Shown piece after piece: positions 24,101 through 35,000 of a DNA stretch of 64,000 nucleotides. The position numbers were made by a program, and so were the translations under genes. The notes beneath the pieces are model-generated. The model saw only the letters and a program-made list of their open reading frames with translations. It made no database searches and was not told the DNA's origin. Source of the DNA: Hemiscyllium ocellatum. Lineage: Eukaryota. Each line of letters opens with the position of its first letter. Position 1 is the first letter of the stretch. The stretch covers positions 1,488,001 through 1,552,000 of the forward strand of contig NC_083445.1 in the NCBI RefSeq assembly GCF_020745735.1, in the 5' to 3' direction.

Positions 24101-27100
24101 GGAATTTGAATGAGCTGAAAAAATTATAAGTAAGTCACTCTTTTAGGACTGAGGTGCAGAGAAATTCTTTTTCTTGGAGGTTTGAGTCTTTGGAATTCTT
24201 GGAGAGCATAGGTCGATGGAAATATCCAAGGCTTGATCCAGGAGGAAATTGTGACGTATGGAGGGCAGACAGAAGGTGAAGTGGATCAGCTGTGATCTTA
24301 CTGAATGCTGGAACAGGCTTGAGGGGCCAAATGTCGTCCTCCTTGTTTCTGATTCTTATGATTGTTTGTGGACGTGGTGTCAGGGGAATGGGAAAGCTAA
24401 TATGTGACTGACTGACTGTTTCAGATTGAGAAGAAGCTTGAACCATTAAATGAAGAAGAACTGAATGCAATCAATCTGAATCCATGTCAGCGAGAGAGAA
24501 CAGGCTGCACTATCTTCTTGGGATATACATCCAACCTCATCAGTTCTGGCCTTCGTGAGACCATCCGCTACCTCGTACAGCATAACATGGTACAGTCTGA
24601 CCCACATCGATAACACGGGACAGTCTGACCCACATCGATAACGCGGGACTGTCTGACCCACATCGATAACGCGGGACTGTCTGACCCACATCGATAACAC
24701 AGTACAGTCTGACACACATCGATAACGCGGGACTGTCTGACCCACATCGATAACGCGGGACTGTCTGACCCACATCGATAACATGGTACAGTCTGACCCA
24801 CATCGATAACACGGGACTGTCTGACCCACATCGATAACGCGGGACTGTCTGACTCACATCGATAACACAGTACAGCCTGACCCACATCGATAACGCGGGA
24901 CAGTCTGACCCACATCGATAACGCGGGACAGTCTGACCCACATCGATAACGCGGGACAGTCTGACCCACATCGATAACGCGGGACAGTCTGACCCACATC
25001 GATAACGCGGGACAGTCTGACCCACATCGATAACGCGGGACAGTCTGACCCACATCGATAACGCGGGACAGTCTGACCCACATCGATAACGCGGAACTGT
25101 CTGACCCACATCGATAACGCGGGACTGTCTGACCCACATCGATAACGCGGGACTGTCTGACCCACATCGATAACGCGGGACTGTCTGACCCACATCGATA
25201 ACGCGGGACTGTCTGACCCACATCGATAACACAGTACAGCCTGACCCACATCGATAACGCGGGACTGTCTGACCCACATCGATAACATGGTACAGTCTGA
25301 CCCACATCGATAACACGGGACTGTCTGACCCACATCGATAACGCGGGACAGTCTGACCCACATCGATAACGCGGGACAGTCTGACCCACATCGATAACGC
25401 GGGACAGTCTGACCCACATCGATAACGCGGGACAGTCTGACCCACATCGATAACGCGGGACTGTCTGACCCACATCGATAACGCGGGACAGTCTGACCCA
25501 CATCGATAACGCGGGACAGTCTGACCCACATCGATAACGCGGGACAGTCTGACCCACATCGATAACGCGGGACAGTCTGACCCACATCGATAACGCGGGA
25601 CTGTCTGACCCACATCGATAACGCGGGACTGTCTGACCCACATCGATAACGCGGGACAGTCTGACCCACATCGATAACGCGGGACAGTCTGACCCACATC
25701 GATAACGCGGGACAGTCTGACCCACATCGATAACGCGGGACAGTCTGACCCACATCGATAACGCGGGACAGTCTGACCCACATCGATAACGCGGGACTGT
25801 CTGACCCACGTCGATAACGCGGGACTGTCTGACCCACGTCGATAACGAGGGACTGTCTGACCCACGTCGATAACGCGGGACTGTCTGACTCACATCGATA
25901 ACACAGTACAGCCTGACCCACATCGATAACGCGGGACAGTCTGACCCACATCGATAACGCGGGACAGTCTGACCCACATCGATAACGCGGGACTGTCTGA
26001 CCCACATCGATAACGCGGGACTGTCTGACCCACATCGATAACGCGGGACAGTCTGACCCACATCGATAACGCGGGACAGTCTGACCCACATCGATAACGC
26101 GGGACAGTCTGACCCACATCGATAACGCGGGACAGTCTGACCCACATCGATAACGCGGGACTGTCTGACCCACATCGATAACGCGGGACTGTCTGACCCA
26201 CATCGATAACATTGTACACAAACCCTCGCATACACCCAAATACACAGGTGAACACACATACACACAGTCACTACACCCAAATACTATGGTACACACACTC
26301 ACACTTAAATACACGGGTACACACACATACAGTCAAATTCACAGGTACACACACAAATACTCAAATAGACAGGTACACACGTATATTCTCAAGTGCACAG
26401 GTATAGACAAACATACTCACACAAACACACAGGAACACATACAAGTGCACAGGTACACACACCCAAATACACAGGTACATATTCGCGCACACTCACCTAA
26501 ATACACAATTTCATGCACACGCTCACTGACTCTTAAATACTCAGGTACACATATACACACACTTTTAAATATGCACGAACACACACACACTCACAATTAG
26601 TCACTCAAATACACAGATACACACACATACTCACACTCAAATGCAGAGGTCCACACATACTACACTGAAATACACACTTACACACACACACTCTCACTCT
26701 CTTCCAAATACACAGGTAATCACATACATACACCCCAATACACAGGTACACACACACACACACACACAGACACTGAAATACACCATTACACACACACGCA
26801 GCCAAATACACACACACATTTTCACACCCATGCACGTTCCCAGTTTCTCAGGGGCCAACCCACTGGATTTTGGTCAGGACCAGAATTACTGTCAAGGTCA
26901 TTAGTCGCGTGATGATCTTTTGAGAGCCTAGATTTACCGTGTTTGAAGGGGTGGACTAGCTTGTTAATTCTGTTTTCCAGTGTCCTATGGCTCCACCTTA
27001 TTTCCCTCACTGTCACCTTCTTTGCAGGTTGATTGTGTGGTGACTACAGCAGGAGGTGTTGAGGAGGATCTCATTAAGTGTCTTTGTCCAACGTTTCTGG

Positions 27101-30100
27101 GGGATTTCAGTCTGGAGGGGAAGGAGCTTCGTGCCAATGGCATAAACAGGTAGTATCCAGCCTGGGACAAGGCAGCTGTTAGTTAAAGCAGCAATTCTGA
27201 AACTGGGTTAGGAAATCTCTGGCTCAGGGAGTCATGTCGGGAAGGCAGCTTTCATACCCTGACTGACTGCACAGGTGCCAAATGTCTCAGGGCTTTAATC
27301 CTCTCCTTTAGCCTCTCTCTGGCAGAATCTCATTGCCTGTTGTCTGGGCTACTGTGTTTGTCATCAGGAACTGGCACCAGTGTTTCAGCCAGCATCTCGT
27401 CACACACCCAGCGGTTCTATTCAGTGAGCAACGTTCAGCTTCATTGTCATCTCGCTCCTGGAGAAAGCTGACATGGGAACTCTTGTGTTCTCATCTCAGT
27501 CCTGCAAATCCTGCAGGTCTCTTTGCTCTTCTCTTGGGATGCTGTGCCAGTTGGAGACTGCGATAATCTGGGTTAGCTGTCCGTTTCAGAAGCTGGCTCA
27601 GCCCAGGGTGCTACCTGATTGTAGACCAGTACCTCATTGTGCAAGGTTGGCATGGCATCAGGTTCCCTCGGTACAAGGTGATGGAGAAAGCCTGGTGCCC
27701 ATGGAAGCTGCAGCATCAGCATCAGTACCATTGGGGACTGGGCTTTTGGAGAAACTTCAATCAAAGTTTATCACTGTTTGGTTATAAACTTCCAAAGTTG
27801 AAACACTGCAGCCTCTCTCTTCATTCCTGAGACAGCTGTTCCTTCTGACTTTGGATGTAAGTTATTTGTAATTACTTAACAGAATTGGAAATCTCCTGGT
27901 TCCAAATGAAAACTACTGCAAATTCGAGGACTGGGTGATGCCCATTCTGGATCAGCTGGTCCGAGAACAAAATGAGCAGGTGAGATGATCTTTTATCCTT
28001 CAGTTCGATCTGCAGCTCGACTGAAACTCCAGGGAGTGCATGCTGTAATCTGGCTGTAAAGAGGGACAGACCTATTCTGTATTCCTTGGGAGTTTTGAAG
28101 AAAAAGGAGTCATCTGACTAAGCAGTTTCTGATTGGGTGGGATGGAGAGAGACTCTTTCCACTGCTGGAGCAGTCCGGAATAAAGGGGGAAAAACGATCA
28201 CGAGAGCAAGTCTGTGTCAAGTCAAACTGAGAAGCAGATTGCTATCCCAAGGCTGGAGTAGGTCTGGAACTTTTTACCTCAAAGGCCCAGAGATACCAGG
28301 AGAGGGACTGACATTTTCAAGACTCATCATTTTTTGTTGGCTACAGCTATCCACAATGTGGAACACAGGAAATGAAATAAAGTTGAGATACAGGTACAGG
28401 GTCTGAGTTCATGGGAGTGGTAGTGAAGGGTTGAATGCCTCTTGTTAAAACATCATACCATGTTGGAGCTTGTAATATGAGTGGCTATGAATTGCCTTGG
28501 TTTATTTACGTGCCCTGTTGTAATGTAATGGCCTTTACAGTTTGGAATGAAGTGATTGTATTCTCTCTCTTGTTATAGGGGATGAAATGGACTCCATCAA
28601 AGGTGATTGCTCGCCTTGGGAAGGAGATTGATAATCCCGAGTCAGTTTATTATTGGACTTACAAGGTGCAGTATTCAGTCCATTTCTCACACTCACTTCC
28701 AAATTCCTTCCTGTCTCTACTGATTAGATTTCTCTCCTTGACATAAACAGTCAAAAAGCCTAACTCAAATCACAGTGACCCAGAGGCAATATCTTCCCTG
28801 TTATTTCTGATACAGTTGCCATGAGCATTTCCATTGGCCAGATTCCTGGAGTAGTTTACAGTACATTCCTGTCTTTCATATCCTGCTGGAGCTTCCTTTC
28901 CTAACTTTGTTGTTTCTTTGATCTCATCATGTTGCACCTTATAAACATCATCCGTAGACATGGGCTTAGCTCCCCTAAGTGTAGAGAAATCCCCACTTGG
29001 TGTTGGCAGGCTGGTCGACTGGAAAGGTCAGAATTGCCTGATTTGTCCGTGCCTGGGGAGGTGCACGGTGCGTGTTTGTGCCTTGGGTGGGGGTGGGATG
29101 TGTGTCTGTGCCGGGGGGGGGGGGGGGGGGAGCGTGTCCATGCCTGGGCAGGAGGATGTCTGTATCTTGGGAAATGTGTCTCCTGTCTTACTTCTCTTGG
29201 TGTTAGAACATGGAACAATCCAGCACAGAGCCAGGTCCTTTGGGCCACCTTACCCGTGCTGATCATGATGCCATCCTGAACAATGCCTGTATTTCTTGCT
29301 GGTTCTTGTTACAGAATAACATTCCAGTCTTTAGTCCAGCTCTGACTGACGGCTCGATTGGGGACATGATGTATTTCCATTCATACAAGAATCCTGGCTT
29401 AGTGCTCGATATCGTGGAAGGTGAGTGGGGAGACACTCCCTGTAACCCTCCTTCGGGTGTGGGAGCAGAGGTTGAGGTTGTGTTCTGTGCTTTGGGGGCC
29501 ATGCTGACTGTGGGAGGGAGAACTGGCTTTATGTTGTGAGGCAGAGGGTGAAGGGGACCATGTTTGGATGGTGGAGGGGGTGGAGAAAGGCAGTCTGTGC
29601 CTGGTGACAGTCCTCTGTGTTTGGGGAGGTAATTTGTTGGGGGTTGGGAATGGTACTCAATGTGGGTGGGGGGAGGGGGGCTGCACTTTTGGCACCAGAG
29701 GCTGGAACAGGTTGTGGTCTATGCTTAAAAGCTGGAGGGAGAGGGACCTTGCTGGATGCAGACAATGATATTACTTGTTTCCTTTCCTTTCCTGTCGGTG
29801 CAGACATCCGCAGGATCAACGACCAGGCAGTGTACGCCAAGAGAACTGGAATGGTCATTCTGGGAGGTGGTATGGTCAAACACCACATTGCCAACGCCAA
29901 CCTCATGGTCAGTAATCTCCACAGAAACCATCGCCACTTCCACTGGGAATCCTTTTCCTCTTCCCCTCATCCTAATTCCTTTCTTGTTCCCTCCCCACAA
30001 ACAGAGGAACGGAGCAGACTATTCCGTCTACGTGAACACAGGTCAGGAATTTGATGGCTCGGATTCTGGAGCCAGACCTGATGAAGCGGTTTCCTGGGGT

Positions 30101-30992
30101 AAAATCCGGACAGATGCCAAACCCGTGAAAGTGAGTTTCTCTTGTTCCTTGGTGGGTGACTCAAACAAGCAGCTGGAGACAACCGTGCACCTACCCTCCA
30201 ACCCCCCCTCCCCCATCCCCCCTCCCCCCTCCCCCACCCCCCCCTCTCCACCCCCCATCCCGCCCATCCCCCACCGCACAATTGCTGTCAGGACCACCTG
30301 CTAAATACAGAGGCTACCTGATATTGCTAAGATTCAAGTTATGCTGCACAACAGGTGGCACAGTGGTTAGCACTGCTGCCTCACAGCGCCAGAGACCCAG
30401 GTTCAATTCCCTCCTCAGGCAACTGACTGTGTGGAGTTTGCACGTTCTCCCCGTGTCTGCGTGGGTTTCCTCCGGGTGCTCCGGTTTCCTCCCACAGTCC
30501 AAAGATGTGCGGGTCAGGTGAATTGGCCATGCTAAATTACCCGTAGTGTTCAGGGGTATGGGTGGGTTGCGCTTCGGCGGGTCGGGTGTGGACTTGTTGG
30601 GCCGAAGGGCCTGTTTCCACACTAAGTCTAATCTAATCTAATCTAAAACAATGAGTTAATGTCCCTCCACATAACTCTCACTCAGTCACGCTGTTTCCCC
30701 AACGGGAGAATAACTGTATGTCACGGCTCTGTGCACTGTCACAGCAACAGAATGTACACTGTCCTTCCCCTTCACTGTTGCAGACAGCTGCTGTGCAGGG
30801 GCAGGGGACACTTCTAAGGCTGGTCTGATGAGAAGGGTGCTGGCAGGGAAGGGATCGTTGTGAGTTAATTCTGTGTGGCCTCCCTCTCTTCCCCAGGTGT
30901 GTGCAGATGCCACTCTTGTTTTCCCTCTGCTCGTGGCTGAAACATTTGCTCGGAACTTTGATGCACTTTCTCCTCAGTCAAAGCTGTTTTAG
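21138..30992 (+). CDS. DHPS: Deoxyhypusine synthase, 365 aa
   Basis: Exons 21138-21332, 24425-24589, 27028-27149, 27883-27979, 28579-28665, 29315-29420, 29804-29907, 30005-30130 and 30897-30992 (1098 nt, all GT-AG, phases consistent). Motifs: [46 protein letters not shown], and [19 protein letters not shown] with the catalytic Lys. Confidence 0.97.
21395..22342 (-). mobile_element. Penelope-like retroelement fragment (GIY-YIG endonuclease) with inverted terminal segment and 15-bp TSD
   Basis: Minus strand encodes [50 protein letters not shown]. Segment 22018-22342 is in the opposite orientation. GTGATAGTGGATAAA is duplicated at 21380-21394 and 22343-22357. Confidence 0.88.
22247..22282 (+). 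ncRNA. Minimal type-I hammerhead ribozyme motif (PLE-associated), stem II weakened
   Basis: ATTC-CTGATGA-A-GGGC-TTAT-GCTT-GAAA-CGTC-GAAT; two G-U pairs in stem II. Confidence 0.5.
22560..23130 (-). mobile_element. CR1/HER1-type LINE 3' fragment
   Basis: Minus-strand ORF reads [41 protein letters not shown], followed by the 3' UTR. Confidence 0.85.
23400..24365 (+). mobile_element. Old CR1 LINE 3' fragments
   Basis: Decayed AGAATGAGAGATGATCTTATTG / GGTGATCTGATTGAAACATATAAGATT and CR1 3' UTR. Boundaries approximate. Confidence 0.6.
24581..26215. repeat. 28-bp minisatellite (~58 copies) beginning at the DHPS exon-2 splice donor
   Basis: Unit GATAACGCGGGACAGTCTGACCCACATC. The first unit is CATAACATG|GTACAGTCTGACCCACATC. 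Confidence 0.95.
26216..26835. repeat. Degenerate (CA)-rich low-complexity tract
   Basis: Recurrent AAATACACAGGTACACACAC-like units. Confidence 0.8.
30353..30646 (+). mobile_element. HE1 SINE in DHPS intron 8
   Basis: GGTGGCACAGTGGTTAGCACTGCTGCCTCACAGCGCC.. through (TCTAA)n tail. Confidence 0.9.
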
Positions 30993-31750
30993 GCCCTGGG
31001 CTACAGTGGCAGTGCTCCAGCCCCTGGCCTCCTCTCCCTGAATAACCCTGATGAGTCCTGGAATGCTGCTCCCTTGAGAACATACTGTGAATCTCAGCTT
31101 CAGCTCTGTACAGCAAATTAAGACAGTTATGTGTTGGATTTGTGGAGTACAGCTGAGAGTAGAGGGCCGTTAGTGGGAAAGTTGGGAAGAAAAGATGGAA
31201 GGGTCATGTGTGAACACCACATATTGGCTTCTGCTCTAATACACAGTAAGAGCTGAATGACTTGGAAAGGTGAATGTTTGAAACTGGTGTGGATGTAGCA
31301 GAGATGTTCTGTCTCTTTTTAGCTTAACCAGAAAGAGAGGTGGGATGGTGGAGGTGGGGGAGATAAGATCAAGGACACAGGACCAGTGATACCCAGAGGA
31401 CTTCAGTAAAATTGATTCAGGAAATTTCTGAGATGAACAGGTTCTGAGCTTGGTTTAACTTGCAGCCTGAGTGTAGACCGTGCCAGAGGAGTTTGATCTG
31501 TGGTATGTCCTAGTGCTAAAACACTGCTCACCTGACAGCAGGCAATCCATGATTCTACACCAGCACACTGTGCATGGGGTGGGGGATGACAAGCAGGAAT
31601 CTGCTGTCAGGACCAGTCCGATAACACTGTCCCCTCACCCTGACTGAACATCTCAGACAGCTGGTTAGGTCAATCTGTAGATCAGGTGAATTTGCTGAAT
31701 TAGTTATTTATTTATTTACTTGAAGCTGAGGCTGCTGCTTCCTGCATCTG

Positions 31751-31897
31751 AATAAAATCAGTTAGTCAAAGTTTCTGATTGTTCTCACTGATTATAAAAC
31801 ATCAATGGTTTTGAGTCTCTGTTTTTATTCACTTGGAAACCTGGTGTTATAAATACAGCCACTTTCAACAGAATAATGTTATTCACAACAAAATAAA
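31751..31897. terminator. Opposed polyadenylation signals of DHPS and WDR83
   Basis: Plus-strand AATAAA at 31751-31756 and 31892-31897; minus-strand AATAAA (TTTATT) at 31824-31829. Confidence 0.55.
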
Positions 31898-32085
31898 GTT
31901 ATGTTGCCAGTCAATTCTCAGTGCTGGATGAGTACTTGGGCATTAACTTGACCATTCCCTTGGTTGAGAATTTCTGCTTTGTTCACCAGCCTCTGCTGTT
32001 ATTGTTCTGAGCGAGACTCAGAGCTGTGTAAAGATCCCGTGGTTCTCGGTAATACATGGAGCAATTGGTCCTGTTCTGGTGATGG

Positions 32086-35000
32086 TCAAGATGGGGTCTG
32101 TGCGGTTGCCTCTTCACTGTCATCTCCCCAGAGCTGGACAGTATCCTCAGCGGCAGTCAGTAAACAGCACTGGGTGGGATGGTAGCTCAGTGACTGTACC
32201 ACACCCTTCCCAACAGGCAAAGTGAGAGTGCAGGATCCCTGCAACCAAGACATCACAGTATATCAAACAAAACTTGTATTTGTACACCTTTCCCACCCTG
32301 TCACACCCTAAAATCCGTTACAGACTTTTATACGGTTCTGCCTTGTATTGTTAGAAACCAACAGTCTGCTCGGCAATAACAAGGTAAGCTGTTAGTGATG
32401 CTACATAAGGGATGTGTTTTGAAATGCGTCTCCTTGAAATAGTACCTTTAGATCAGTAACACTCCCCACAGAGAGTAGACACAGCCTCATTTACTGTCAA
32501 GTCCCAGAGTGAGGAGCTCTGACTGTGCAGCCCTCCCTGAATGAGGCACTGTCCTGACAGTCTGAGTTAGCTGCTCCAATCTCTGAAATGCAACATACTC
32601 TGGTAAAACTGCTATTCACTGAGCCGCCATCAACTGCCATTTTGCAGCACTTCAACCAATGACCATTCCTCCTATGAGAGTGTAGACTGGGCAGTATCTG
32701 TCATCTAAGCTGAATCACTCCTTAAACCACAGAACAATCACAGCACAGTGTGCCATTGCTGGCTCGTGAATGAGAAATACACCAAGTGCTCTTCCCCTTT
32801 TTCCCCATAACTCTGCACTTACTTCCTTTTCAGATAATCCAATTCCCTATTCATTGCCTAGATTAAACCTGCCTCCTAGTGTCACCAGCATCACATTCCA
32901 TATATCTTTACCAGTTCTCCTCCGATGTTAGCGTTGCTCCTTTTGCCAGTTACCTTCAGTCTGAATTCGGTTTCCTGATCTTTATACCTGAAGGATAACA
33001 ACAAAATTCTGCAGATTGCTGGAAACTTGAAACAAACACAAAATACTGCACAAACTCAGCAGGTCTCGCAGTATTTGTGGAAACTTCAGTACAACTCCTC
33101 TTCAGGTGTGAATTCTCCAGCATTTTCTGTGTTTCTTCCACCAATGGGAACAGTTTCTCTCTATCCAGACCCGGCACTGATTTGAACACCTCTCCAACCT
33201 CCTCTCAACCTTCCCTCTCGGCTACGGACTCCCTGGGAGCTGGTGCCAGACATAGTCAAGGGGAAGCTCACCTCGATCAGATCCCAGAAGTGCACGAGTC
33301 CATCCTCTGAGCCACTCACTACATGTGTGTCAGATTCATTAAAGCAACAATCCAGCTTGCAGTCGGTGTTCCTGTGTCCTGTATACCTGTTCAAACAAAG
33401 TGAAGCTTGAGCTCAGAGTGTGGCAGTGCATTCACTAGTCTTACTACTGGGTTACGAAGTAGGGCAGCATGATGGCACAATGGTTAGCACTGTTACCTCA
33501 CAGCACCAGGGTCCCAGGTTCAATTCCAGCCTCAGGTGACTGTGTGGAGGTTACACATTCTCCTTGTGTCTGCGTGGGTTTCCTCCGGGTGCTCCAGTTT
33601 CCTCCCACAGTCCAAAGATGGTGAACTGGCCATGTTAAATTGCCCGTAGCGTTAGGTGCATTAGTCAGACGGAAATGGGTCTGGGTGGGTTACTCTTCGG
33701 AGGGTCGGTGTGGATTGGTTGGGCTGAAGGGCACACTGTAGGGAATCTAATCTAGTCAGTCCCACGAACACTGGTGAGCAGGCAGCTTTTGGCACTGTGG
33801 CGCAGGGAGAAGGGGAGACATCTTGCTCAGTCAGACCGTGGGGGTCGAACAAGCACAACGAGATGTCTCCTGCTCCTCTCACCACATGGAAACGCAATCA
33901 ATTCTGTAACGGATTTATTTCCACTTTCTAATGAACAATTTTGTTTTGAGAAAATCACTGAGCAGTGGCAGGGTCTGGAGTGGGTGGGCTAATGGCCTGG
34001 GCACACACCAGTCAGGAACAGAAAAATGTTAGCCACTCAAACCTGCACGGAACCAAATAAACCTTTATAGAAAATTCTTTAATCTGATATTCACGTGACC
34101 ATCTGTGTGGTTTTTAATAATCTCTTTGTTGAGCTTGTGAGACCCTGCCTAGTAGGATCAGTGTTGTGCTTGAGGGACAGCAATGTCTCCCCTGGGGAAA
34201 GAAAGGAGGTGAGGGGTCAGTGGTGAGAGGATTCAGCCCCTCAACTGCCATGGGAGGAGGACTCCGAGTTCGACTCAGTCCTGGCCAGCTGAAATAAACA
34301 GCCAGATTATAATAGGGTGTACAACATCACAGCAACATTCCTCCAACTTCCCTCCCTCCCCCATCCCCCCCCACCCCCCAAACCAGGGAGGGCTCTGTAC
34401 AACACCACAGTAACATTCCCCCTCAGTCGGTGAATAACTTCCCTTTTGACAATTTAAATTTCTGGTCAGGTTCAAGTGACTGAACACAGGTACAATTTGC
34501 AGGTTTGGTTTGGAGTGTGTGGAAATTGGTTCTTTGCAGCCGCCCACCCCTCCCTCCCGGAGGGTGGGGGTTGGGGAATAAGAAAAGGATGCTGGAGAGT
34601 TAATGTTTGATTCGACCTTCTCAGAATATGATTAATTTCACTTACTCGCCAAGAAGCTCCCCCGTCTCCTTATCCAACAGGCGCAATGTAGAGTCCAGGC
34701 TCGAACTCAACGTGCACTGACTATCTTTGCTGAAACACACACTCGTTATTGGACCTGAGCGAGAGAGAGAAAGACAGTCTGTCTGTAGTAAGGACACCTA
34801 CTATCTTGGTACTGACTGTAACACATTGTAGCATTGATAATACTCAGTAACACTGTAGTTAAACTGACTGTCTAAGACACATAAACAAGAACTTGGACTA
34901 TTCGTCTGAGCTGATGTGCTATATTTCCATCTCATAATGATTTGATATGGCCCCTCTCGTTCAGCACTTACTTCCAATAAAATCTGCAAAAAGTTGTCCC

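Noticed and set aside
24540-26326. Long minus-strand ORFs, or a CRISPR-like array of 28-bp repeats
   Set aside because: Head-to-tail units with no unique spacers, no cas genes and a vertebrate intron context; the ORFs cycle through the same three peptides.
30353-30420. tRNA gene-like A/B boxes here and at the other SINE heads
   Set aside because: These are HE1 SINE heads, continuous with V-domain and tail, and do not form a complete cloverleaf.
30978-30992. DHPS ends in SKLF, close to the peroxisomal PTS1 SKL
   Set aside because: PTS1 must be the terminal tripeptide; the extra Phe breaks it.
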